64,000 nt of DNA from positions 54,994,001-55,058,000 of the forward strand of contig OX597815.1 of assembly GCA_951406725.2 (NCBI GenBank). The letters run 5' to 3'. Below are positions 30,533-43,858 of the stretch, piece after piece. The notes under the pieces were generated by a model. It did not search any database, had not been told where the DNA came from, and worked only from the letters and a program-made list of their open reading frames with translations. Position 1 is the first letter of the stretch. Each line of letters opens with the position of its first letter. The DNA is from Octopus vulgaris. Its lineage: Eukaryota. Position numbers and translations under genes: made by a program.

Positions 30533-32236
30533 GTATGTAAATGCCACATATGTCATTGCTAAAATATATTAACTTCTTCAAATTAAGAAGCAAATATGTT
30601 ATATTGCTTACTCGCAGAGATACCCAACGTTGCTCGGAATTAAACTGCCATAGTTTTTTATTGTTTTACTTGTTTCAGTCATGTGACTGACCATGCTGGT
30701 GCACCACTTTTAGTCGAAGAAATCAACCCCAGGATTTATTTTTTTTAAGCCTAGTACTTATTGTATCAGTTTTGCAAAACAGCTAAGTTACAGTGACATA
30801 GACACAGCAACATAAGTTGTCAAGTGAAGGTGGAGATACAAACATAGACAGACAGACACTCATATATACAAACACATACATACAGAAAGGCACCATTCAA
30901 ATGTGATCATTACCAGCGTTGCCTTACTGGCACTTGTGCCCTGTGCTAGTAGGGTGCTAAATGCACCATCTGAGCATGATCGTTGCCAGAGCGGCTAACT
31001 GGCTTCCATGCCGGTGGCATGTGTAAAAAGATTTGAGCGAGGTCGTTTCCAGTACCACCTGACAGACCCCCGTGCCGGTGGCACATAAAAGCACCCACTA
31101 TACTCTTGGAGTGGTTGGCATTAGGAAGGGCATCCAGCTGTAGAAACTCTGCCAGATCAAGACTGGAGCCTGGTGCAGCCATCTGGTTCGCCAGCCCTCA
31201 GTCAAACTGTCCAACCCATGCTAGCATGGAATGCGGACGTTAAGCAATGAGGATACATATATGCTTATGTATATATATATATATATATGTATATATATAC
31301 ATATATATATATGTATATATACACATGTGTGTGTGTGTATGTATATCATCATCATCGTTTACCGTCCGTTTTCCATGCTAGCATGGGTTGGACGGTATAT
31401 ATATGTATATATACACACACACACACACACATGCATATATGTATATATACATGTATCAATCATCATCATAGTTTAACATCCGTTTTCCATGCTAGCATGG
31501 GTTGGACAGTTCAACCAGGGTCTGGGAACCCAGGAGGCTTCACCAGGCTCCAGTCTGATCTGGCAGTGGTTCTACAGCTGGATGCCCTTCCTAATGCCAA
31601 CAACTCCGTGAGTGTAGTGGGTGCTTTTTGGGTGCCACTGGCACGGGTATCACAACAACAATTTACTTTTTGATTTTTGCAATACAATTCTTCATTACAA
31701 TGTCGGTCATATAATTATTGGTTTAATTATTCATTGGATGTTTTGTTCTACAAGACTAAATATAAAAATGGACCGTCAATATCTTCTTTTTTCAGGGAAC
31801 GCTTCAAATTCACACTCATTTAATAAACACAACAGTATGAAAACATTTAAGCCATTGAAGACTGTCTAAGGGAGATAACTATATAAGCATTTTTAGAGAG
31901 TTACTTCCCTTATATAAACAGAGCAAAAATGCATTAAAAATGAAAAAATGATGGTAATTTTTTTTTTTAATCGTAGGCTCATCGTAGACACGTGCTAATA
32001 CCCAGAAGGGCTCGATATGAATCACGACTATAAGATACCCGCTTTTGGTTAAACTGCACCGCAAAATGTGGGAGTAGTTAGGAATCTAAATCGGAGGAGA
32101 CAGAGTCTCACACAACTTCATTTTTTTATATAAAGATATATACACACACGCACACACACATATATATATATAAAATGTGTACCGTTGGCGATTTTTTTCC
32201 TCCCTCTTCCCTTCTCTGGATCTTTCCTTCTCCTAT

Positions 32237-32271
32237 GTTTCCGATGAAGAGCTCCACTCGAAACGTTAAAC
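32237..32271 (+). ncRNA. Minimal hammerhead-like motif in ~200-bp TA-flanked insert (32172-32373)
   Basis: GUUU-CCGAUGA-A-GAG cucca CUC-GAA-ACGU-U-AAAC; U4 is replaced by C. Confidence 0.6.
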
Positions 32272-32452
32272 CCTCCTTCTTTCCTTCTTTCCTGAGCGTC
32301 CAATAATACTATATTTGTTCCACGTCCTCGCGTTGTTGTGTTTTCTCTTTGTGTTTTTATGTTTGGATTAACTTTATATATATATATGTATATATATGTA
32401 TACATATGCATTTATATATATATATATATATATAAGTATACATATACATGTG

Positions 32453-32493
<41 letters not shown>

Positions 32494-33051
32494 GAATATA
32501 TATATAGATATACATGAATATATATATAGATATACATGAATATATATATAGATATACATGAATATATATATATATATATGTCTACATATACATGTATATA
32601 TATGTATACATATACATGTATGTATATATATGTATACATATACATGTATGTATATATATATGTATACATATACATGTATGTATATATATATGTATACATA
32701 TACATGTATATATATATATATATATGTATACATATACATGTATATATATATGTATACATATATATATATATATATATATAGGTATACATGTATATATATA
32801 TATAATATAAATGTATACATATACATGTTTGTGTATATATATATATATGTATAATGTATACATATACATGTGTATATATATATAAAGTATATATATACAT
32901 GTATATATATGTATACATATACATGTATATATATTATATATATATATATATGTATATATATGTATACATATACATGTATATATATACATGTATATATATA
33001 TATATGTATGTATATATGTATACATATACATGTATATATATACATGTATAC

Positions 33052-33085
<34 letters not shown>

Positions 33086-33097
33086 GTATACATATAC

Positions 33098-33410
33098 ATC
33101 ATCATCATCATCATCCTCATTTAACGTCCGCTTTCCATGCTAGCATGGGTTGGACGGTTCAACTGGGGTCTGGGGAGCCCGAAAGCTGCACCAGTCCAGT
33201 CAGATCTGGCAGTGTTTCTACAGCTGGATGCCCTTCCTAACGCCAACCACTCCGAGAGTGTAGTGGGTGATTTTATGTGCCACCGACACAGGTGCCAGAC
33301 GAGGCTGGCAGACGGCCACGCTCGGATGGTGTTTTTATGTGCCACCGACACAGGTGCCAGATGAGGCTGGCAAACGGCCACGATTGGATGGTGTTTGTTA
33401 CGTGCCTTTG
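33098..33410 (-). mobile_element. SINE-like element, same family as 17840-18268
   Basis: Near-identical reverse complement with (CAT)n tail. Confidence 0.75.
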
Positions 33411-33467
<57 letters not shown>

Positions 33468-34322
33468 ACATATACATGTATATATATATACATGTGTATA
33501 ATTATATATATATATATATATATCATCATCATCATCATTATATATTACAGATAAAGGGTGAAATATAATTAATTTAATAAAATCAACAAATTTCACCTAG
33601 TAGCACTTCGGTATGTGGTGGAATGGAACACTAGCACCCACCACAACATATGATGGTAGAGGATCCCCATAAACTGGTTACAATATAAACAAAACCGAAA
33701 ACATAATAAATGAAATACACAGATAAATAAACAAATGGAAATAAATAACTATATAAGTTTTTTTTGTTTAATTTAAAAGATTTTTTTTTATTTATTATTC
33801 TTATTATTACTAGTATTGTTGTTATACATACATACATACATACAAGCATACGTAATGATAATAATAAGTGGATGTAAACACATAAACAAAATAAGAATAA
33901 GCAACAAAAACAAATTACACAAACGTATATAAACAAGATACAAATATTACAGTCATCCTCCTCCACACACACACTAACTAAACATAGACGCATACAGAGA
34001 TATAAGCATGCGCAAATGAAGACATACAATAGAAATACAAAATGGCTGACGGTTAATAAGGAGAGACACAAATAAGAAAGAAGAAAACAAAGGACCACTG
34101 ATGCGGTCACAGCAGTGTGACGAAAGAACTCTGGCCGATATAAGATTAAGATTAATGTAAAAAATAAATAACACTGAAGCAAAGTAACACCAAATATATA
34201 GTGCGTGTGTTTTTATTGGCTACACTGGCAAAATGACCGTTCCGAAATATAACAATATCTGTTTCAACACACGACTTCACATAAAAAATCTTGCACAACA
34301 CATATATATATATATATGTATA

Positions 34323-36213
34323 TATAGGTGTGCCAAAGAAACAGCTACAGTGCACTGTAAGAATAGGGCCACTCCTTGAAAAGGATGACACACTCACAGG
34401 AAATCCAATGAGGATAAGTGAAATACTAAATGAGCAATTCAAGAGTATTTTCACTCCACCCCTAGAGCACTTTCAAGTCAGCAATCCAACTGACTTCTTT
34501 ACCACTGCAGATATAAAATCAGAAGCAGCTATGATTGATTACATCGATATAAAGGAAGACAATGTAGTAAAGGCTATAGATGAAATGAAAACAAACTCAG
34601 TTACTGGCCCCGATGGATTCCCAGCAATCCTTCTAAAAGTATGTAAGAGAGTCCTAGCAAGAGCACTGCAGTTCCTCTTTCAGAGCTTCCTTGCAACTGG
34701 CAGACTTCCAAGAAAACTGAAGGAAGGTAAATTATGCCCTATTCATAAAGGAGGTAGCAGAGCGGAGGCCAAGAAATACAGACCTATCTCTCTGACCTCA
34801 CACATCAGCAAGGTCATGGAACGAATAGTCAGAGGGAAATTTATCACCTTCCTTGAAGAAAATGACTTGCTGCCTGACACCCAACATGGTTTCCGAACAG
34901 GAAGAAGCTGCCTAACTCAGCTCCTACAACACTATGGCTGGGTGCTGAAACGACTGCTCAACCACTCAAATGTGAAAGTGATATATCTCGACTTTGCAAA
35001 GGCCTTTGATAAAGTCGATCATGGAATGATATGTCACAAACTGCGTGATTTTGGCATAGTTGGAAAATTGGGAGAATGGCTTCATGACTTTCTGAAAGAT
35101 AGAAGTCAGGTGGTAGTGGCCAATGGGGCCACTTCCATTAACACGCAATTAGTGAGCGGTGTCTCGCAAGGCACTGTTTTGGGACCACTGCTGTTCATAA
35201 TGGCCCTCTCAGACATGCCCTCAGCCATGCAGAGAGCCACGATCCAAAGTTATGCAGACAATATTAAAGTTTCACAGGCAATACAGAACCCTGAAGACAC
35301 TAAGCACCTGCAATGTGAGCTGGACAAAATATACAAGTGGGCTGAAAAGAATAGCATGCTGTTCAATGCTGAAAAGTTTCAAGCTTTATGCTATCAGTAT
35401 GCAAATCTAAATGCAATACTCAATAAATACAATGGACCAGGAGGGATTGCAATCCCAGAGGTACAATCAGTGCGAGACCTGGGTGTTTATATGAGTGATG
35501 ATGCAACCTTTCATGTGCATGTTGCTAAATTGGCAATGAAATTTAGGCAGCTGACCGGATGGATTCTTAGAACCTTTAGAACAAGAGACCAGGAAACCAT
35601 GATGGTCCTCTGGAGGACACTTGTCCTAAGCCACTTTGACTATTGCCCTCAGCTATGGTCACCATCCAGTGTCAAGTTGATCACAGAACTTGAGGCAATC
35701 CAACGAAGCTACATGAAGAAGATAGCCTCTGTGCAGCATATAAGCTACTGGGAAAGATGCAAGAGATTAAGACTCTATTCCTTGGAGCGTAGGTGAGAAA
35801 CATATGCCAAAACTTTTGCATCGAGAGTTACACAAATACTAGAACTGGATGCCACTGCATAGTGCCAAGGACTCCAAATTTGCCATCAAGATGTAGGACA
35901 AGATACTGTGATAGCCTGGGCTTCAGAGGCCCACAGCTCTTCAATATCCGCCTGAAGGACCTGAGAGACCTGCATGGGGTGGATGCAGATATCTTTAAAT
36001 AAAAAATGGATCTCTTCCTGTCAGGTGTCCCAGATGACCCGACTTCACGGCAGCTGGTGCAGATGACGGCAGCTGCATCGAACTCTCTCATGCACCAAAT
36101 GGCAATTGCTAAAAAGCATTTGTGAAGTAAAATCATATAGCAACACCAAATGGCTGTGCCCCAGCATGGCCACAGCTCGTGAGCTGAAACTAGATAAAAT
36201 AAAAAAAGAAAAA
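34323..36213 (+). mobile_element. LINE family A copy, 5'-truncated and decayed
   Basis: RT frame 34291-35796 with YADN instead of YADD and a premature stop; the same 3' UTR. Confidence 0.92.
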
Positions 36214-36219
36214 TACATA

Positions 36220-36274
<55 letters not shown>

Positions 36275-36786
36275 GTATATATTTTTTTTTCTTGTTTGTA
36301 TATATATATATGTATGTATATATGTATGTATATATATATATATGTATATATGTATCTATATGTATATATATATGTATATGTATGTATATATATGTATATA
36401 TGTATCTATATATGTATATATATATATATATGTACATATATATATATGTATATATATATATGTATGTATATATATATATATGTAAACGTTAAAAAAACAC
36501 AAACTGGGACAAGAACGTGAAACATTTTGAAGACGACAAAAAAAAAACACACAGATGGGACTTTCGAAGCTCTCAGTCATCAGTCAAGAACCAGATCATC
36601 TTCGCAATTTCGGCTGATTAATCTTGAGATTGCTCCGATCTGGGCGTATGTATGTATATATATGTATGTATGTATGTATGTATATATATGTATAATAATA
36701 ACTTAGAATAACTTAGAAAGGTTTTTGGCCAGTATTGGCCCAGGCCATGTCTAACTTAATAGCACCACCTGGCGAAGTCTTTCAGT

Positions 36787-39700
36787 TCAGGATTTGGGCA
36801 CCAAGGCCCATTCGAGCAGAGAGTTATTGTTTGCGGAGACATATCCGGGTGTGGATGGTTTGTCCGGTACTGTTTGAAGGAATTTGTCCAAAGACTTCTT
36901 GAATTTTGTGTGGTCAGTTTCTTTTTTGACGTGTCCTGGTGTAATGTTGAAGAGAGCGGGTCCAATTGAGGTGAAATAGTTGTGCCGTATTGTCGTTATG
37001 TGATGCGATTTAGATTTTTGTTGTGGACGGATGGCACGTGGTCCAAGCCTTGGATGCATTTTGAAGGTGATGCCAACATCATTCGGACAGTGCTGATGGA
37101 ATATTTTCCACATCATACAGATAATGTAGCGTTCACGGCGTCGTTGGAGTGAATACAATTTCAGCTTCTCTAGTCTACCCCAGTAGTCAAGGTCTGACAT
37201 GCCATCTATCTTTTTTGTGATTGACCTTTGGGGAGCTTCAATTCTCATAATATTTTGTTTTGTGTAGGGAGACCACAGTGGACAGCAGTATTCAAGGTGG
37301 GGTCGGGCAAAAGTGGAGAAGAGAAGGATAATAGCGTGGGAATCTCTCGACTGGAAGGTTCTGAGAATCCAGGAACACATTCTGCGGGCCATGTCAACTT
37401 TGCTGCTTATATGTGTAGCCCAGCTTATGTTGTTGTCCACTGTTACTCCCAGGTCTCTGATGTTGTTGGATGCCATGAGAATTTCTCCAGAAGGAAGAGA
37501 GTATGGGAGTTTCAGAGCGTCCTCCCTTCCAAAGTGGATCAGTTCGAATTTGTCTTCATTTAGCAACATGTTATTCTTTTCCGCCCATTGGACAACAGCT
37601 AGTAGGTCTGACTGAAGGTTTATTCGGTCATCCACGCCATTGATGACCTTCTGGAGCTTGGAATCATCAGCGAAGGTTCTGATGTTGCTGTGTTTGATGG
37701 TGTCAGTAATATCATTTATGTAGATGATGAAGAGAAGTGGGCCCAACACAGTGCCTTGTGGGACACCACTGCTGACTTTGGCTGGGCTGGATTTGACTCC
37801 TTCGACTACAACATGTTGGGTTCTGTTAGAGAGGAAGCACTTGATCCATTGCAGCAGCTTTCCAGTGACACCAATATTGGACAGCTTTCTCAGAAGGATC
37901 TTATGATCAACCCTGTCAAAGGCCTTGCTGAAATCAAGGTAGATGACATCAGTGTTGGAACCCTCTCCCAAGGCTCTCAAAATGTCATCAAAATGATGCA
38001 GTAGCTGCGTCAGGCAATCTCTCCCATTACGGAATCCATGCTGGTTGGGGTTCAGCATATTATGACTCTCAAGGAAGTGAGTCATACGCGATCTCAGCAC
38101 CCTCTCAAATACCTTGATGATATGAGAGGTGAGTGAGATTGGACGGTAATTCACGGCAAGCGATTTGTTTCCTTTTTTGAAAACTGGGACAACAGACTGG
38201 GATAGAAGGTCTTCTGGTATATATCCAGCATCCAATGAGTTCCGCCACAGATTGGCTAGAGGGGGTGCAAGTTGGTTTTGACACATCTTCAAGACACAAG
38301 CAGGGAACCTATCGGGACCTACTGCTGAATTATGCTTCATTTCCTTTATTGCTGCTAAGACATCAGGAGCGCCAAATGTTATGTCCGATAAAGTGTATTG
38401 GGGAGTAACATCACTGATACAGCCCAGATCAGTCATATCAGGATTGCTGAAAACAGAGCAATATTGTTTCTGCAATATTTCTCCCATGGTTTTGGCATTG
38501 TCTTGAAGAATACCATTTTCATCAATCAGAGGGCCAACAGTAGAACCATTGACTCTGTGTTTTTTTGCAAATGAAAAGAACACTTTGGGATTGAGTTTGA
38601 TCTTCTCAATGGCCCAGGCCTCTTCAGCTCTTCGCTGACTATTGATGATAGACATCATGTTGTTTTGGAGTTTATGTTTTTTAATCTCTAGCGACGAGAT
38701 GGCAGTCAGGTTGGTGTGTTGCTGTTGACAGTATTTCAGCATGTTGATCTTTTTGTTGATTCTTTTAATTTTCCTTATGAGAGATTTTCTATTTCTAGGG
38801 ATTCGACACTTAGATTTGTTTGCAGATCTTAATGGGGTGTGTCTTGCACATATGTTCGTGATGGTGTCTACAAGTGACTGCCAGGACTTTTTGATGTTAG
38901 TGGGTGTGTATGTGTGCGTGAAGGACCAATCGACTTGTGCAAGATCATTATTGATCGCTTCCCAGTTTGCATTGTGGAAATCCATAGTGTCAAATGGATG
39001 AACAGGAGGGATGACATTTGTTTTGCATTTTGGCCAGTGAAATCTCAGATCACAGAGAACCATGTCATGGTCGGAGAGTAGGGTTTTCTCCACTGCAATA
39101 TTGTGGATAGTATCAGTGTGATTGCTGAAAATTAAGTCTAAGACGTTTTTGTGACATCTCGTTGGTTCGAGTACCAGTTGGGACAAGAAGAAGTCATCCA
39201 TGAAGTCAAGAAGCGGTTCCACTGCCTCCCTGTCAGGGGTTGAGAGAGAAGAACCTGGCGGCAGACTGTTTGTAGACCAGTCAACCCCGGGAAGGTTGAA
39301 ATCTCCCATCATTAAAATGTTGTCAGGTTGACACTGCTGAATGAAACACTTTATGCTGTTGAGGCATTCCTTGAAGCATGGTAGGGGCGTTTGGGGTGGT
39401 CTGTAGAGCCCAACTACTGTTAAGTTGTTGGTTTGACTGAATACAGCGACTGCTTCGCAGTATCCATTCGAAAATATGTTCATGGCTTCTGTTGAGAATG
39501 AATCATGGACATAAATGGCAGTCCCACCCTTTCTTCTGCCAACACGATCAGCACGAATGGTTTTGAAATTTTTAACTTTCACCTCGGCTTCCAAGTGGAG
39601 GTCACTAAGATGGGTTTCAGTGAGGACGAAGAAAGGGATGTGGTTTGGATGGGCCTCGACCCAGTCCTCCAGGAATCTTATCTTCCATTTTTGTGTATTG

Positions 39701-39804
39701 GTGGAAGGGCTGATGCCTTGGGCATTAAGCAGAAATGTTGAGGCGAGAGTGGATGGTTTTAATTGTTTTGGTGATTTGTTTATTTGATTGCTTTTTAATG
39801 GCAT
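36787..39804 (-). CDS. LINE ORF2: AP endonuclease + reverse transcriptase (1005 aa, intact)
   Basis: NAQG, LTETHL, YRPP, GDFN, LDL and SDH (APE); NYRPISL, GVPQG and FADD (RT). Confidence 0.95.
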   Translation of the reverse strand: MPLKSNQINKSPKQLKPSTLASTFLLNAQGISPSTNTQKWKIRFLEDWVEAHPNHIPFFVLTETHLSDLHLEAEVKVKNFKTIRADRVGRRKGGTAIYVHDSFSTEAMNIFSNGYCEAVAVFSQTNNLTVVGLYRPPQTPLPCFKECLNSIKCFIQQCQPDNILMMGDFNLPGVDWSTNSLPPGSSLSTPDREAVEPLLDFMDDFFLSQLVLEPTRCHKNVLDLIFSNHTDTIHNIAVEKTLLSDHDMVLCDLRFHWPKCKTNVIPPVHPFDTMDFHNANWEAINNDLAQVDWSFTHTYTPTNIKKSWQSLVDTITNICARHTPLRSANKSKCRIPRNRKSLIRKIKRINKKINMLKYCQQQHTNLTAISSLEIKKHKLQNNMMSIINSQRRAEEAWAIEKIKLNPKVFFSFAKKHRVNGSTVGPLIDENGILQDNAKTMGEILQKQYCSVFSNPDMTDLGCISDVTPQYTLSDITFGAPDVLAAIKEMKHNSAVGPDRFPACVLKMCQNQLAPPLANLWRNSLDAGYIPEDLLSQSVVPVFKKGNKSLAVNYRPISLTSHIIKVFERVLRSRMTHFLESHNMLNPNQHGFRNGRDCLTQLLHHFDDILRALGEGSNTDVIYLDFSKAFDRVDHKILLRKLSNIGVTGKLLQWIKCFLSNRTQHVVVEGVKSSPAKVSSGVPQGTVLGPLLFIIYINDITDTIKHSNIRTFADDSKLQKVINGVDDRINLQSDLLAVVQWAEKNNMLLNEDKFELIHFGREDALKLPYSLPSGEILMASNNIRDLGVTVDNNISWATHISSKVDMARRMCSWILRTFQSRDSHAIILLFSTFARPHLEYCCPLWSPYTKQNIMRIEAPQRSITKKIDGMSDLDYWGRLEKLKLYSLQRRRERYIICMMWKIFHQHCPNDVGITFKMHPRLGPRAIRPQQKSKSHHITTIRHNYFTSIGPALFNITPGHVKKETDHTKFKKSLDKFLQTVPDKPSTPGYVSANNNSLLEWALVPKS

Positions 39805-41000
39805 GTGTAGTGGGGTAATAGTGGTGGATGGCGGTGGGTGATAGCTCGGATGTTTTTTTCCAGTTCTTTTGCTAGATTCATTATAGCTAAAAAAGAGGAA
39901 GAAGAGGTGGTTTCCTGTCTAGGGAACCGCAGGTGACTGTGGATGCGGCTATTTTTATGTGAGTGGTTATCTTTAAATGTCCGACGAGTCCCCGGGAGAT
40001 GGGTAAAGGGGCAATCCCTGTGCAAACACAATCTGTCTCGCTGGGAATAGCGGCAGATTTGGGGATTCCTTGTTTGAGATATTGGTGGTTGTGGTGATGT
40101 TGTATTATGGTGGTTGCTGTTGTAGTTTGTGGGGATAGAGCGTTTTGTTCCAGGTAAATGGGTGAATTTGCAGTCTCTATCAGTGCACAGTCTATGGCGA
40201 AGAGAATATCGGCAAATGATGGGGTTTCGAGTGGGTGTGTAGGTGCGTGTATGTGTGTGAGCTGTGAAAGGTGTAGATGATAGTTTGAAGTTTTGGCGAC
40301 CTTTGTGACCTGTAGGAGGTAAATTCCTTGAGATAGCATTAGTAGTAGTAGCTGTAGTAGTAGTAGTAGTAGTAGGTAGAAGAGATGTTGACGGTGGTAA
40401 TGATTGAGGAGGTCGATTCCAAGACAAAGATGTTTGTCGATATATAGTGGGAGTAGTACTAGTAGTAGTAAGCAGAGGAGATGGTGTTGACAATGATGAT
40501 GATTGAGCTGCTGGGGCAGTGAAAGGAAGGGGTGGTGCTTCCTGCTGTGTGACCCTGATGACTGGGGGGTCAATCGTTTCATTTAGCAAATCGGCCATTG
40601 TAGATGAATCAAGGAGTGGTTCATCCTGTTGTTGTTGTTGAGGTTGTTGTTGTTGCCTCTGAGGTTGTTGCTGTAACTGTTGTTGTTGTTGTTGTTGCCG
40701 CTGAGTTTGTTGTTGTTGAGGTTGTTGTTGTTGTTGTTGCGCCGGTGATGATGAAGAGAAAACAGATCTCAGTTTATCGAAGTGTTTATTTATTAATTTA
40801 AAAGCAACTTCGATTTGTTTTAATTTATTTTGGATCTGCTGTTCAGATCGAGTTTGCAAATGGTGAACTGTTCGTTTAGCAATTTCGTTCAGACACTAAG
40901 CACCTATGCTCTCTGTTTCGGTAAGGCCATGCCATGTGTTGATAAGAACGTCGACTTCATTATCAGACCAGTTTTTGTTGGATTTTTGGTGGCTAGCCAT
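39795..41000 (-). CDS. LINE ORF1: Myb/SANT-like N-terminus, polyQ, S/T/P linker, two CCCH fingers; one in-frame TAG at 40896-40898
   Basis: Manual extension of ORF 39795-40859 to the ATG at 41000: MASHQKSNKNWSDNEVDVLINTW...*CLNEIAK...RSEQQIQNKLKQI. Also CRYSLRHRLCTDRDCKFTH and CRYSQRDRLCLHRDCPFTH. Confidence 0.75.
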
Positions 41001-41277
41001 TCTGGTTGATATGTTTTATTAAATTTTATTTTGTTCGTTCGTTTTGTTGATTACTTTTAATTATTATTATTATTTTTTTTTTTTTTTAAGGAGAAGTATG
41101 TAGAATTGATTGTACAGAATGTTTGTTGTAATACTGAGAAGTTTGTATTTGAATTATGAGCTTGTAGTTATTTTATCTTTCTTTCTTTTTTTTTTCCCTC
41201 TTTTTCTAATTTTTAATGTGTGGGTGATCCTTTAGTTATCAGAAGGTGTTTGAAAATATTTGGTCGTTTGAAAATTA

Positions 41278-41349
41278 TGTATGTATGTATGTATGTATAT
41301 ATATATATATGTATGTATATATATATATATGTATATATATATATGTATG

Positions 41350-41382
<33 letters not shown>

Positions 41383-41605
41383 GTATATATATATGTATGT
41401 ATGTATGTATATATATATATATATATGTATGTATATATATATATGTATGTATATATATATGTATTTATATATGTATGTATATATATATGTATTTATATAT
41501 GTATATATATATATGTATGTATATATATATATATGTATGTATATATATATATATATGTATGTATGTATATATGTATGTATGTATATATATATGTATTTAT
41601 ATATG

Positions 41606-41657
<52 letters not shown>

Positions 41658-41981
41658 TATATATGTATATATATATGTATATATATATGTATATATATGT
41701 ATATATATATATGTATATATATATGTATATATATATCTATATATAAATGTATATATATGTATGTATGTATATATATATATGTATATATATATATATGTAT
41801 ATATATGTATGTATATATATATGTATATATATATGTATATATATGTATATTTATATATATGTATATTTATATATATGTGTTTACAAATGTGTATATATAT
41901 ATGTGTATATATAAATGTATATATATGTATGTATGTATATATATATGTATGTATATATATATATATGTATTTATATATATG

Positions 41982-42062
<81 letters not shown>
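41278..42062. repeat. (TA)n/(TATG)n microsatellite
   Basis: Direct observation. Confidence 0.98.
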
Positions 42063-42068
<6 letters not shown>

Positions 42069-42147
42069 AGTTGAGTTGTGGGGTATCGCACGAGTGGGAT
42101 TATATAAGAAAAAAGGTTTGAAAATGCAATTTAAACGATGTTTATTT

Positions 42148-42188
42148 ACTTAACCGGTTTCACTCTTTGGTAAAAGATTGTCAAAAGT
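42148..42188 (-). ncRNA. Hammerhead-like motif, left arm of Penelope 2
   Basis: Minus strand: ACUU-UUGACAA-UCUUU uacc AAAGA-GU-GAA-ACCGGU-U-AAGU. Confidence 0.55.
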
Positions 42189-42199
42189 TACATTTAAGG

Positions 42200-42430
42200 A
42201 AACATTGAATAATATGGGTTCAAAAAAGTTTTTACATAATTGTCACATTGAATATTATGCATTCAAAAAAGTTTTTTACATAATTGTCACATTGGATATT
42301 ATGGGTTCAAAAAAAGTTTTTTACATAATTGTCACATTGAATATTATGCATTCAAAAAAGTTTTTTACATAATTGTCACATTGGATATTATGAATTCAAA
42401 AATGTTTTTTTTATACATAATTGTCACATT
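42200..42430. repeat. ~44-bp tandem repeat (aattgtcacattgaatattatgcattcaaaaaagttttttacat), about 5 units; mirrored at 47930-48160
   Basis: Direct observation. Confidence 0.9.
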
Positions 42431-43811
42431 ATTTGGGAAAATTTGGCAGAAAAGGATAAAACAAATATATTATTGGGAATTGGTTGCGTTAATTATTGGT
42501 TGTCGCAAATTGTCACATTACATGTATATATATACAATCTTTGGTATATATATACAGCGTTTTGACAGCAAAAATTAAAATGGATTTTTTGTCCATCTCA
42601 GAATATTTTAAGTAAGTTTTTACTGACCTGTCAGTATTAGCAGAAAGGCTGAACTGAGAGAACAGAAGTAGCCAATGTGGTGTATACTTCCCCTTTATGC
42701 ATGAATGATTTTGGGGTTATCAGGAGGTTAGTATGCGGGTGTGAATAGATGTGTCCGTGCCTGCTGGTCAGACAGCGTCTGTTTGTCACACACATATATA
42801 TACACACAAACACACACACACACAACAACACACACACACACACACATAGTATACAAACACAAACCACATACAAACAACACACACACACACAGAACACACA
42901 CACCCACACACAACGCACCCACATATATCACATATACACACACAGCACACAAATATAACATGTATCTATATATAACATACACAGATATATAACACACATA
43001 CACACACACACACACAACACACGCACACATACATACATAATATAAATATCACACAAATACACCTAGCATATATATATACACACATACAATACACACATAC
43101 AGCATGTAAGTAATATACATACACAATATATGCATGCAATATACATACGCAATACATACATATAATATATATATATATAGACAATGCATATACATATATA
43201 CACATATACATATAAATAGTGTTTACATACACATACATAGATGTACCACATATACACACAACACACATACATACAATGCATACACATACACGTACGCATA
43301 CATATAATATATATATACACACATAACATACATACACACACAATGCATACATATATATACACGCAATGCATATACATGTATTCATGCACATATAGCACAC
43401 CTACAATATACATATATACAGTGCACACATACACACAAATATATACACTTAATTGTACACGTACATATACAATACACATACATACAATATACATATATAC
43501 AATGCGCATGCAAATAATGTACATGTTTATACACACATAAACATGCAAATAAATATACACACACACACACACACACATATATATACACACATATATATAT
43601 ATATATACACACATACATACATACATACATGCACATACATATATTTTTTCACACACATACACACACACATATATATATAAAAAATTCACCACCCCCCACA
43701 CACACAAATTACAAACCTATAGCGTACACACTCAAATATATCTCTACATGCCGCACATACACACAAACAAAGTACTAATATATACACACATACCATGCAT
43801 ATACACACACA

Positions 43812-43858
<47 letters not shown>

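Larger units (their letters stand above)
36695..41277 (-). mobile_element. Apparently full-length CR1/L2-group LINE (family B)
   Basis: 5' UTR, ORF1, overlapping ORF2, short 3' UTR and (TTCTAAGTTA)n tail; microsatellites on both sides. Confidence 0.93.

Noticed and set aside
30610-32170. Possible Helitron-like non-autonomous element (tactcgcagagatacccaacgttgctcgg start) with nested SINEs
   Set aside because: Resemblance only; I could not confirm the termini or hairpin from the sequence.
33545-34300. TA-flanked A-rich insert with 183-aa minus-strand ORF
   Set aside because: Low-complexity hydrophobic translation with no recognisable domain or ribozyme core; likely an unclassified repeat fragment.
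36555-36635. Minus-strand CUGAUGA...GAAAGUC and a neighbouring GCAAU-CUCAAGA...GAAAUUGC
   Set aside because: Core words are present, but helices I and II do not pair convincingly; at most a decayed relic, so not counted.
42200-42430. Regularly spaced ~44-bp repeats, and the 59-bp repeats at 17905-18090, as a possible CRISPR array
   Set aside because: Head-to-tail tandem repeats without unique spacers, eukaryotic context, no cas genes.
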